The notes beneath the pieces are model-generated. The model ran no database searches. It saw only the letters and a program-made list of their open reading frames with translations, and had not been told where the DNA came from. A stretch of 64,000 bases of DNA from contig JAWLHJ010000007.1 in the NCBI GenBank assembly GCA_041690395.1, positions 64,001-128,000 on the forward strand, given 5' to 3'. A program made the translations under genes and the position numbers. The stretch is from Longimicrobiales bacterium. GTDB lineage: Bacteria; Gemmatimonadota; Gemmatimonadetes; Longimicrobiales; Gaopeijiaceae. Each line of letters opens with the position of its first letter. Positions within the stretch are counted from its first letter, which is position 1. This document shows, piece by piece, positions 50,901 to 59,232 of this stretch.

Positions 50901-53191
50901 CGAACTGGAGCACGCCTCAGAGTGTCACGTTGGCCGGTGTCGACGAGTTCGTGGTGGACGGTGACCAGAGCACGACGATCAGGGTCGAGGTGGACGACGG
51001 CGCGTCGGACGACGCGTGGGATGCCCTGGCGGACCAGACGGCGAGCGTGACGACGACCGACGACGACGTGGCGGGGTTCACGCTCGCGGCCACGGCCGGC
51101 TTGTCCGTGTCGGAAGACGGCTCGGTGACGGACGCATTCACGGTGGTGCTCGACGCTCAGCCGGTGCGCGACGTAGTGCTGACGGTCACCAGCGGCGATA
51201 CGGGCGAGGTGACCGCGACGTCGCCGCTGAGGTTCACGTCGGCGAACTGGAATGCACCTCAGGATGTCACGCTCACGGGTGTGGACGACTTCGAAGTCGA
51301 TGGTGATCAAGCCACAACGATCACAGTGTCGGTGGACGCCGGCGCCTCGGACGACGCGTGGGATGCCCTGGCGGACCAGACGGCGAGCGTGACGACGACG
51401 GACGACGATGTGGCGGGGTTCACGCTCGCGGAGACGGCTGGCCTCAGCGTGAGCGAGAGCGGAACGACGGACGCCTTCTCGGTCGTGCTCGACGCGGAGC
51501 CGGCGTCGAACGTGGTGTTCAACGTGACGAGTGCGGATACGGGAGAGGTCACGGTGGCGTCGCCGGTCACGTTCACGCCTGTGAACTGGAATGTCCCTCA
51601 GAGCGTCACCGTGTCGGGTGTCGACGACGCCGTGAACGATGGCGATCAGCAGACCACGGTCACAGTGTCTGTCGACGATGCGCAGTCCGACGACGACTTC
51701 GATGGGCTGGCCGATCAATCGGTGACTGTCACTACGGTGGACGACGACGGGGTCGGTATCACCGTGGACCCGGAGACCGTATCGGTGAGTGAATCGGGAT
51801 CGACCGCGACCTTCACCGTAGTGCTCAACTCAGAGCCCTCCGAAGGCGAGGTCGTCGTCGTCGACGTGGGATCCCTGGACACCGGAGAGGCCAATGCTTC
51901 GCCGGCGCAGCTCACGTTCACACGTGCGGGCGGCGCCGACCCGTGGAACGTGCCGCAGACGGTGACCGTCACGGGTGAGGACGATGACCTCGTCGATGGC
52001 GACCAGACGACGCGAGTCGTGGTGATCGTCGATGCGCCGGCCTCCGATCCGGACTACTTCGAGGAGAGCCGTTCCGTCACGGTGACGACGACGGACGATG
52101 ACGAAGCTTCTCTCGTCTTGTCGACGACGACGGTGACGGCCGTCGAGGGCGGAGCGACGGGGACTTTCACGGTGGCGTTGGGTGCTCAGCCGAGCGGTGC
52201 GGTGGAGTTCTCGGTGGTGAGTGCGGACGCGACGCAGGCGACGGTGAGCCCTGCTTCGCTGACGTTCGACGGGACGACGTGGGACGATCCGCAGACGGTG
52301 TCGGTGACCGCGGTGGACGACGATCTCGTGGACGGAGATGAGCCGGTGGACGTCACGCTGGACGTTACGTCTTCGGCGGACGCTGCGTTCGCGGATCTGA
52401 GCGCAGTCGTAGCAGCGACCGCCGAGGACAACGACGTGCCGGGGCTGGTGCTGGAGGGTGGTCCGGTGGCAGTAACGGAAGGCGGGGCGACGGACGAACT
52501 GACGGTGCGGTTGTCGTCGGAGCCGACGGCGGACGTGACGGTCGGGTTCGCCTTCGACGCGGCGGGTCAGGTCGCATTGAGCGATACGACGCTGACGTTC
52601 ACGTCCGCGAACTGGAACGTTGACCAGCCGGTGACGGTGAGCGCGGTGGACGACAGCGTCGCCGAGGGTGAGCAAGTGGTCGGGCTCACGCTGTCAGTGC
52701 AGACGGGGGACGCGACGTACCTTGCGGTACCGGATGAGCCGACATCGGTGACGGTGACCGACAACGACGTGCCGGGGCTGGTGCTGGAGGGTGGTCCGGT
52801 GGCAGTAACGGAAGGCGGGGCGACGGACGAACTGACGGTGCGGTTGTCGTCGGAGCCGACGGCGGACGTGACGGTCGGGTTCGCCTTCGACGCGGCGGGT
52901 CAGGTCGCGTTGAGCGATACGACGCTGACGTTCACGTCCGCGAACTGGAACGTTGACCAGCCGGTGACGGTGAGCGCGGTGGACGACGCTATCGCTGAGC
53001 CGGAGCAGGTCGTGGCCCTGACGCTGTCAGTGCAGACGGGAGACGCGACGTACCTGGCGGTGCCGGACGAAGTGACATCGGCGACGGTGACCGACAACGA
53101 CCCAGCGGGTCTGGTCCTCAGAGGTGGTCCCGCGACGGTCACCTCAGTCGACACCGACGTCGCCGAGGCCGCCCTCGCCCCCTCCCGCTAA
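47945..53191 (+). CDS. Giant acidic surface lipoprotein: Big_2-like domain plus 13 Calx-beta-like repeats of about 110 aa
   Basis: IQAC lipobox; VTVSP...W...VATID.NG.VTG; 13 x LTFT..NW..PQ.VTV.GVDD. Confidence 0.88.
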   Translation: MSARTRAMFRRMTGGFRRRFVVGLLASVLGALGLIQACTSENISGVVVGTVTVSPSSQSVVVGETADFDATVTDENGATLSGAAVSWSISSEDGDVATIDGNGRVTGLAIGVARVVATFQGSSDEATLTVQPPPVLSITPEVAAFYAGVGGPDPEPVVFTVGNAGSGTIEGLSAEIAYPEGEETDWLAVELSGSTTPADLDMVVSGAGLGSGRFSATVTLTTSDPDDPPFVVPVTFVRSSFTLTVPPEGLVVDEGGSTATFTVALDVAPESDVVLDVASADEEEQEVVVDPAQITFTPENWDVGQAVTVTGVDDAAEDGAQDVLVTVSVNTSASDPAYGPALDRSVTVTNQDDDAAGFTVVQTNGATIVDEAGLRDTLTVSLGTEPTAEVVISVSASDLSAAIVSPQTLTFTLANWDTPQRVVVQGVDDDAVDGPQESTVTFTVVDDESDAAYQGLPPQVIDVTTLDDDGAAIQVTESQGNTVVGESGSTDAFTVQLSGRPSADVVLSIGSADTGEATVNPTSLTFTPDDYDVAQPVTVSGVDDNLVDGDMVTDVTVVVVAASSAAEYAGAGPATIQVTTTDDDRAALIVTQTDGGAAVSEAGTSDTFTLALSARPLTDVVVTASSADEGEVTVAPAILTFTTDTWDAPQTLTVTGVDDDIIDGNQDVDVTLVVDAAQSDPIYETVDTTVVVTNADDDAPGFTITSGTTVSVSEAGGTAPVTVILNTEPASDVVLDFAIADATVATVEPTTLTFTAGNWDTPQSVTVTGVDDDIVDGAQVADLTVSVDAAASDDDYDGVADQTVSVTALDDDVAGFTLADAESLTVSEAGGTDAFTVVLDAQPLAAVVLTVSSGDATEVAVSPTTLTFTDANWSTPRTVTVTGVDDDVVDGAAITAVTVAVDPAQSDDAFDGVASQEASVTTTDNEVAGFTLADTAGLSVSESGTGTADFTVVLDAAPIAQVTFAITSEDTGEVTASPPTLTFTASNWSTPQSVTLAGVDEFVVDGDQSTTIRVEVDDGASDDAWDALADQTASVTTTDDDVAGFTLAATAGLSVSEDGSVTDAFTVVLDAQPVRDVVLTVTSGDTGEVTATSPLRFTSANWNAPQDVTLTGVDDFEVDGDQATTITVSVDAGASDDAWDALADQTASVTTTDDDVAGFTLAETAGLSVSESGTTDAFSVVLDAEPASNVVFNVTSADTGEVTVASPVTFTPVNWNVPQSVTVSGVDDAVNDGDQQTTVTVSVDDAQSDDDFDGLADQSVTVTTVDDDGVGITVDPETVSVSESGSTATFTVVLNSEPSEGEVVVVDVGSLDTGEANASPAQLTFTRAGGADPWNVPQTVTVTGEDDDLVDGDQTTRVVVIVDAPASDPDYFEESRSVTVTTTDDDEASLVLSTTTVTAVEGGATGTFTVALGAQPSGAVEFSVVSADATQATVSPASLTFDGTTWDDPQTVSVTAVDDDLVDGDEPVDVTLDVTSSADAAFADLSAVVAATAEDNDVPGLVLEGGPVAVTEGGATDELTVRLSSEPTADVTVGFAFDAAGQVALSDTTLTFTSANWNVDQPVTVSAVDDSVAEGEQVVGLTLSVQTGDATYLAVPDEPTSVTVTDNDVPGLVLEGGPVAVTEGGATDELTVRLSSEPTADVTVGFAFDAAGQVALSDTTLTFTSANWNVDQPVTVSAVDDAIAEPEQVVALTLSVQTGDATYLAVPDEVTSATVTDNDPAGLVLRGGPATVTSVDTDVAEAALAPSR
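50999..51430 (+). repeat. Near-identical ~90-bp segments 342 bp apart inside the giant gene
   Basis: ...GACGACGCGTGGGATGCCCTGGCGGACCAGACGGCGAGCGTGACGACGAC... starting near 50999 and 51341. Confidence 0.85.
52427..53130 (+). repeat. 333-bp tandem duplication plus start of a third unit
   Basis: GACAACGAC at 52427, 52760 and 53093; first two-thirds of copies 1 and 2 nearly identical. Confidence 0.92.
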
Positions 53192-53194
53192 CCC

Positions 53195-55192
53195 ATGCCC
53201 GACCACCCCCCCGGGCCGCCCCGTCCCCCCGACCGCCCCCTCGACAACGAGCCGCCGCCCCTCCTCACCTACGACGAATCGGCGCCCGAGGAGGAGCCGT
53301 TCTCGCCCGACGGGGGTCCCCAGCGACCGAGCGGCCGGCGCCGATGGGCACTCACGCTCATCCTGCTCGCGCTGCTGGCCGGAGGCGGATACGTTGCGTT
53401 CACGGTCGCCCGATCGGCGCCGGCCGACGCCTCCCTCGAGCTCACACCGCTTCCAGCCGTGGGGTCGACCGAGGCACTGACCAGCTCCACGTCGGCCCTC
53501 ATCCCGCTGACACCGACCGACACCGTCGTCCTGCCGGGCACGGAGGTCGAGCTCGCGGTCCGCGCTAGGGAAGGGGACTCGCCGGCCGCGGACATCCTCC
53601 TCCGCTTCGAAATCGAGATCGGATCGACGGGTCGGGAGGAAGAGGTCTGGACCGACGCGTCGGGCATCGGTCGCGTCACCGTGCAGATGCCCTCGCGCCC
53701 GGCTTCCGCGCTGGTGCGGGTTTCCTCCGGATCGCTGGAGGCCGCAGGTCCGACCTTCCGGATCGCGTCCCGCACGGGATCGCCGGCGACGTTGGACGCC
53801 ACGGCGGGAGACGATCAGGAGGGCGATGCGGGAACGCTTCTGCCCGAACGGCTGGAGGTCGAGGTGCGAGACGAGTCGGGCGTTCCGGTTCCCGGCGTCG
53901 AGCTCTTCTTCGAGGTGGCGACAGGAGACGGGCTCACGGCGCCATCCCGCGCGCGGACCGACACCCTCGGCCGCGCCTCGGCCATCTGGCGGCTGGGCTC
54001 GGGTCCCGGGCCGCAGACCCTCGTGGTCTCGGCCGACGAGCTCACCGAGTCGGTGATCTTCAACGCCACCGCGCGACCGAGCGATGACGTCGCGGTCAGC
54101 GGGGGCACCCCCGGCGAGGCCCCGGGCACAGCAGAGGCCACGCCCGGCGGCCCAGGCGGAACGCCCTCCGGCCCGGTCTCCGTGGTGCCTCGGGACCGCT
54201 CCATCGGAGGCGCGAGCGTGTGCGCCATCGTCAGCGGATCGGTGACCTGCCGTGGCGCGAACGATCGCGGCCAGCGCCTGGTCGGGGGGATCACGGGGGC
54301 GAGGGCGGTAGCGGCGGGCCTCTTCCACGGCTGCGCGCTCGACGCCGCGGGCGTGGCCCGGTGCTGGGGCGCCAATGAGTCCGGGCAGCTCGGTGACGGA
54401 TCCACCACCGACCGCGCCGCACCGGTCCCCGTGACGACAGACCTCCGGTTCAACTCGATTGCTGCCGGCCTCGCCCACACGTGCGCGATCGCGGCGGCCG
54501 GGCAGGCCGTATGCTGGGGCGCGAACCTCGGTGGGCAGCTCGGTGACGGCACCCGCAACGATCGCGCTTTACCCGATGCCGTCGCGGAGTCCTCCGACCT
54601 TTCACGCGTCGTGGCCGGCTGGAACCACACGTGCGGGATCACGAGCAACGGCGTGGCCTACTGCTGGGGGCTGAACCGTGACGGAGCGGTCGGTGATGGC
54701 ACCCGCCTCGACCGGCTCGCTCCGACCCGCGTGCTCGACGGCGTGACCGACCTGGCCGCGGGCAGTGCGCACACGTGCGCCGTGCGCCAGGGCGAGGCGC
54801 TCTGCTGGGGCTCCAACGCCGCCGGCCAGCTCGGCGACGGCACCACACAGGCGAAGCCGAGCCCGGCCCCCATCGGCGATCTTCCGGGAACGGTCACGGC
54901 GATCGCCGCTGGCGCGGCCCACACCTGCGCCCTCCTCGATGACGGGTCGGCATATTGCTGGGGCCAGAACCTCTACGGTCAGTTGGGCAACGGCAGCGCC
55001 GCGCCTTCGACCGCGCCCCGCGCCGTGGCCGGCGACCTGCGTTTCGCCCGCATCCACGCAGGCGGTGGGGTCACGTGCGGCATCACCGGCGACGGCGTCG
55101 AGTACTGCTGGGGCCTCAACCAGAGCGGTGAGCTGGGCGACGGCACACGCACCAACCGAGCCGTACCGACTCGCGTCGGCGGGGGCGGTTAA
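53195..55192 (+). CDS. Membrane-anchored Ig-like plus RCC1/BLIP-II beta-propeller protein
   Basis: Pro-rich N-terminus, one TM, GDDQ.G Ig-like units, seven HTC...CWG.N..GQLGDG repeats. Confidence 0.9.
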   Translation: MPDHPPGPPRPPDRPLDNEPPPLLTYDESAPEEEPFSPDGGPQRPSGRRRWALTLILLALLAGGGYVAFTVARSAPADASLELTPLPAVGSTEALTSSTSALIPLTPTDTVVLPGTEVELAVRAREGDSPAADILLRFEIEIGSTGREEEVWTDASGIGRVTVQMPSRPASALVRVSSGSLEAAGPTFRIASRTGSPATLDATAGDDQEGDAGTLLPERLEVEVRDESGVPVPGVELFFEVATGDGLTAPSRARTDTLGRASAIWRLGSGPGPQTLVVSADELTESVIFNATARPSDDVAVSGGTPGEAPGTAEATPGGPGGTPSGPVSVVPRDRSIGGASVCAIVSGSVTCRGANDRGQRLVGGITGARAVAAGLFHGCALDAAGVARCWGANESGQLGDGSTTDRAAPVPVTTDLRFNSIAAGLAHTCAIAAAGQAVCWGANLGGQLGDGTRNDRALPDAVAESSDLSRVVAGWNHTCGITSNGVAYCWGLNRDGAVGDGTRLDRLAPTRVLDGVTDLAAGSAHTCAVRQGEALCWGSNAAGQLGDGTTQAKPSPAPIGDLPGTVTAIAAGAAHTCALLDDGSAYCWGQNLYGQLGNGSAAPSTAPRAVAGDLRFARIHAGGGVTCGITGDGVEYCWGLNQSGELGDGTRTNRAVPTRVGGGG

Positions 55193-55230
55193 GGCGCGCC
55201 ATCCAACCTGCGGGCCCGTGGCTCCGGGTC

Positions 55231-55671
55231 CTACCCGTGCCACTCCAGATGGCGCCTGTACTCCTCCAGGAACACGCGAATCAGGTCGTCCTGGTCGGCG
55301 CCCGTCACGTCGCGTTCGAGCGCGCGGTCTCGAAGATGCACCTCGGCGCGATAGGTCTTCCCCTCCGGATCGCGCAACGGCACGGCGGGGAAGGCGAACC
55401 CCTCGGTGCCGTAGGGCTTCACGCGCACCTCGAAGAAGAACTCCTCGCGGTCGTCGTGGAAGACCGTGACCGCGACGTATCGATCATCCTCGTCCACCTC
55501 GACGTGCCGGCCGTGCTCCTGAAGCTCGGCCGCGACCTCTTCGAGCGCCGGGATGACCACCCGGGCGAGGTAGTGCCGGATCCGCGGGGGCTCGCCGTCG
55601 CGCGGCCCGGCGCGCTCCGGTGCGTTCGACCGTCCGAGCAGCGCCCCCAGGTCTTCTTTCCAGTCACTCAT
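55231..55671 (-). CDS. Stand-alone BetT-type C-terminal cytoplasmic domain
   Basis: PALEEVAAEL..HG..VE, EEF.FEV, YRAEVHL, LEEYRRHLEW resemble the E. coli BetT C-terminus as recalled; own SD GGAGGTGA. Confidence 0.75.
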   Translation of the reverse strand: MSDWKEDLGALLGRSNAPERAGPRDGEPPRIRHYLARVVIPALEEVAAELQEHGRHVEVDEDDRYVAVTVFHDDREEFFFEVRVKPYGTEGFAFPAVPLRDPEGKTYRAEVHLRDRALERDVTGADQDDLIRVFLEEYRRHLEWHG

Positions 55672-57308
55672 CGATCACCTCCCGTGGGGGTTGCCGGTGC
55701 CTCGCCGGGCACCCGTTCGACCGCGGTGCGCTCGGTCTCTGCGCGTCCTCCGCCGTCCTGCGCGGCGGCCCCGGATCTTCCACCCTCCTTCTTCGCCGGG
55801 AACACCTTCCGCACGTGGGTCGGCGGAGCTCGCTCCGAACGGAGCGCCTTGAACAGTGCGAAGCACATCCCGAGAAGCACGACCGCGAACGGAAGTCCGG
55901 TCACGATCGCCGCCGTCTGCAGGGCGGCGAGCCCGCCGGTGATCAGCAGAACCGCAGCCACGGCGCCCTCGAGGAGCGCCCAGAACACCCGCTGGAACAC
56001 CGGAGGATCGGGGTCGCCTCCCGACGCCAGCATGTCGATGACGAGCGATCCGGAATCCGACGACGTGACGAAGAACGCGATGATCACGACCATGGCGAGG
56101 ACCGAGGTCACCGACGCCAGAGGAAGGCCCTGCAGGAGCGCGAAGAGCATCTCCTCGGTCGCGAGCCCGGTCAGCCCGCCGACGCCGAGCAGCTCGCGAC
56201 GCAGCGCGGTACTCCCGAACGTGGTCAGCCAGAACGTGGCGAAGGCGGCGGGCACGAGGAGCACGCCGGCCACGAACTCCCGGATGGTCCTGCCGCGTGA
56301 GATACGCGCTATGAACATGCCCACGAAGGGTGACCAGGCGATCCACCATCCCCAGTAGAACAGGGTCCAGTCGGCCTGCCATGCGCCGTCGCCCCACGTG
56401 TCGAGCCAGAACGTCGCCGATACCAGCGACGACAGGTAGTTGCCGGTGTTCTCGAGCCACGCCCCGAGCAGGAATACCGTGGGCCCCACCGTGAACACGA
56501 AAAGCACGAGCACCAGGGCCACGACGAGGTTGAAGTTCGACAGCCTCCGGATGCCGTTGTCGAGCCCGGCCACCACCGAGATGGTGGCGATCAGCGTGAT
56601 ACCCGCGATGAGCGCGACCTGGATGTTGGTGCCGATCCCGACATCGAAGAGGAAGTCGAGACCGGCGTTGACCTGCATGACACCGAGACCCAGCGAGGTG
56701 GCGACGCCGAAGAGCGTTCCGAAGATGGCCAGGACGTCGACCGTGTGGCCGATGGGCCCGTAGATGCGCTCGCCCAGCAGTGGATGGAATGCCGACCGAA
56801 TCGAGAGGGGCAGGCCCTTCCGGAACGAAGCGTACGCCAGCGCGAGCCCCACCACGATGTAGATCGCCCAGGCGTGGAATCCCCAGTGGAAGAAGGTGAG
56901 GCGCATGGCGTCGGCCGCCGCGGCCGCCGTGCCGGGCTCCGCGAAGGGAGGCGCCGCGAAGTGCGCGATCGGCTCGGCCACCGAGAAGAACACCAGCCCG
57001 ATGCCCATGCCGGCGCTGAAGAGCATCGCGAACCACGACAGGTACGAATAGTCGGGCTCCGAGTCGTCGGGCCCGAGCCGCACGCGGCCCGCCGGGCTGA
57101 ACAGCAGGTAGACGGCGAACGCGAGGAAGGCCGCGACCGACCCGATGTACAGCCAGCCGAACCTCTGCACGATCCCGGCCTGGATCGCGTCGAAGACGAT
57201 CGCCGTGCGCGCGGGAGCCAGGACGCCGAACGCGAGGAACACGGCGATGACCGCGATGGCCGGGAAGAACACCGGGGGGCTGAAGTCGAACTGCCGCTTC
57301 CAGTCCAT
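55668..57308 (-). CDS. BCCT family (betaine/choline/carnitine) transporter
   Basis: SWFAMLFSAGMGIG, WTLFYWGWWIAWSPFVG, FFVTSSDSG. Confidence 0.95.
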   Translation of the reverse strand: MDWKRQFDFSPPVFFPAIAVIAVFLAFGVLAPARTAIVFDAIQAGIVQRFGWLYIGSVAAFLAFAVYLLFSPAGRVRLGPDDSEPDYSYLSWFAMLFSAGMGIGLVFFSVAEPIAHFAAPPFAEPGTAAAAADAMRLTFFHWGFHAWAIYIVVGLALAYASFRKGLPLSIRSAFHPLLGERIYGPIGHTVDVLAIFGTLFGVATSLGLGVMQVNAGLDFLFDVGIGTNIQVALIAGITLIATISVVAGLDNGIRRLSNFNLVVALVLVLFVFTVGPTVFLLGAWLENTGNYLSSLVSATFWLDTWGDGAWQADWTLFYWGWWIAWSPFVGMFIARISRGRTIREFVAGVLLVPAAFATFWLTTFGSTALRRELLGVGGLTGLATEEMLFALLQGLPLASVTSVLAMVVIIAFFVTSSDSGSLVIDMLASGGDPDPPVFQRVFWALLEGAVAAVLLITGGLAALQTAAIVTGLPFAVVLLGMCFALFKALRSERAPPTHVRKVFPAKKEGGRSGAAAQDGGGRAETERTAVERVPGEAPATPTGGDR

Positions 57309-57523
57309 ATGGGCTCCTGGAGTCGGAGGAGGGGGGCCACGGACGATATGGCGAGTGGTGCCTGGGCGCGAGCCGATCGTCGAACGACTCGCGGGCTCGC
57401 GTGTATCCGAGAACCAGCACCGACGCGCCTTGCCGCCTCCGCGCGGCGGGCGCACGTTGCATCCTTCCGGCCTGCGGGATTCCTTCCGCTCGGCCGCTCC
57501 AACCCATCATCAGGAGTCGCTAG

Positions 57524-58360
57524 ATGAAGGTCGCTGGTTCGTCGATGCTGGCCGCCCTCGTGGCCGCCGCGCTGATCCCGGGAGGGGTCCTCGCCCAATC
57601 ACCACCGAGCTCCGTGTTCATCGAAGCCCTTACCTGGGTCGAGATCCGCGACCGGATGGAGGAAGGCGCCACGAACGTCATCATCGCGACCGCGGGCACC
57701 GAGCAGAAAGGCCCGCACATGGTGATGGGCGAGCACAAGTACGTGCTCGAGTACACGACCGACAAGATCGCGCGGGCGCTCGGCAACACGCTCGTCTCGC
57801 CGATCATCACCTACGTGCCGGAAGGCGAGTGGGGCGAGGAGCCGACCGGGCACATGCGCATGCCGGGCACGATCACCATGCCCGAGGAGTGGTTCGTGGA
57901 GCTGCTGCTCCACACGGGGCGGAGCCACCAGGAAGCGGGCTTCCGGAACGTGATCTTCCTGGGCGACTCCGGCGGCAACTACTCCGGGATGGAGACGGCG
58001 GTCGAGACGCTGAACCAGGAATGGGCCGGCACCGGCGCCCGCGCGCACCTCATCGAGGACTACTACCGGAAGGGCGGGCAGGACGCTCGCGCCTTCATCA
58101 CCGGTGAGCTGGGGATCCCCGCCGAGGAGATCGGCGGACATGCGGGCATCAGCGACACGTCGCAGATGTGGTTCGTGAACGAGCAGCACATCCGTCAGGA
58201 TCTGCTCGCCGACCGGGGCGGCTTCGAAGGCTCCGGATCGAGCGGCAACCCGACCCTCGCGTCGCCCGAGATCGGCCGGCGCATCCTCGACATCAAGATC
58301 CAGAACGCGCTGGACGAGATCCGGGCCGCGCTCGGTGAGCAGCAGGAGGACGACCGATGA
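57524..58360 (+). CDS. Secreted creatininase-family protein
   Basis: Signal peptide; LTW.EI, GTEQKGPHM, GDSGGN, HAGISDTS, GNPTLA. Confidence 0.85.
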   Translation: MKVAGSSMLAALVAAALIPGGVLAQSPPSSVFIEALTWVEIRDRMEEGATNVIIATAGTEQKGPHMVMGEHKYVLEYTTDKIARALGNTLVSPIITYVPEGEWGEEPTGHMRMPGTITMPEEWFVELLLHTGRSHQEAGFRNVIFLGDSGGNYSGMETAVETLNQEWAGTGARAHLIEDYYRKGGQDARAFITGELGIPAEEIGGHAGISDTSQMWFVNEQHIRQDLLADRGGFEGSGSSGNPTLASPEIGRRILDIKIQNALDEIRAALGEQQEDDR

Positions 58361-59232
58361 GCCGCACGACGACACGAGTCCAGCGTGACGGGATGGGACG
58401 CGTCCTGCTGGCTGCGGGATGCCTCGCGACACTCGCGACGTTGGGCGCCCCGGCATCCCTCACTGCGCAGGCCCAGAGCCCCGGCGACCCGTTCATCGAG
58501 GAGATGACCTGGACGGAGATCCGCGACGCGATGGAGGCCGGCAAGCGGGTCGCCATCGTACCCACGGGTGGTACCGAGCAGAACGGCCCGCACATGGTCA
58601 TGGGGAAGCACAACTACATCATCACGCACGCGGCGGGACTGATGGCGCGTAGGCTGGGGAACGCCCTGGTCGCGCCCACGGTCGCCTGGGTGCCCCAGGG
58701 TGACTACGCCCGGGACGGCTGGGAGGACAAGCCGGGAGTCATCTCGCTCCCGTCGCCGAGCTACGACCGCCTGCTGGAGGCCGCGGCCCGGAGCCTCGAG
58801 TCGCACGGCTTCACGCACATCCTGTTCATCGGGGACAGCGGCGGGAACCAGAACGGCATGCAGGCCACAGCCGACCGGCTGAACGAGGAGTGGGCCGGCG
58901 GACCCACCAAGGTGTTCGCGCTCACCGACTACTACCGCATGGGGCAGCAGTATTCACGCGCCTGGCTCCAGGCCGCGTACGGCTACGATATGGAGGAGAT
59001 CGGGAGCCACGCCGGCATCACCGACACGTCGGCGGTCATGTACGTGTTCCCGGACGGCGTGCGCAACGACCTGCGCATGCCGCGCGGCGGCAGTCCGGAT
59101 GCGGGCGTGACTGGCGACCCGACGCTCGCGACACCCGAGATCGGCCGGATGGTCATCGAGTTCAAGGTGCTCGCGGGGCTCGAGCAGTACGCGGAGCTGA
59201 CCGCCGAGCCGAGGGGGCGGGGCGGGAGGTAG
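58357..59232 (+). CDS. Secreted creatininase-family protein (paralog)
   Basis: Signal peptide; MTW.EI, GTEQNGPHM, GDSGGN, HAGITDTS, GDPTLA. Confidence 0.85.
   Translation: MSRTTTRVQRDGMGRVLLAAGCLATLATLGAPASLTAQAQSPGDPFIEEMTWTEIRDAMEAGKRVAIVPTGGTEQNGPHMVMGKHNYIITHAAGLMARRLGNALVAPTVAWVPQGDYARDGWEDKPGVISLPSPSYDRLLEAAARSLESHGFTHILFIGDSGGNQNGMQATADRLNEEWAGGPTKVFALTDYYRMGQQYSRAWLQAAYGYDMEEIGSHAGITDTSAVMYVFPDGVRNDLRMPRGGSPDAGVTGDPTLATPEIGRMVIEFKVLAGLEQYAELTAEPRGRGGR

Noticed and set aside
48650..53130. Repeats as a CRISPR array or DGR template/variable pair
   Set aside because: In-frame coding repeats; no spacers, no cas or reverse transcriptase, and no adenine-specific mismatch pattern noticed
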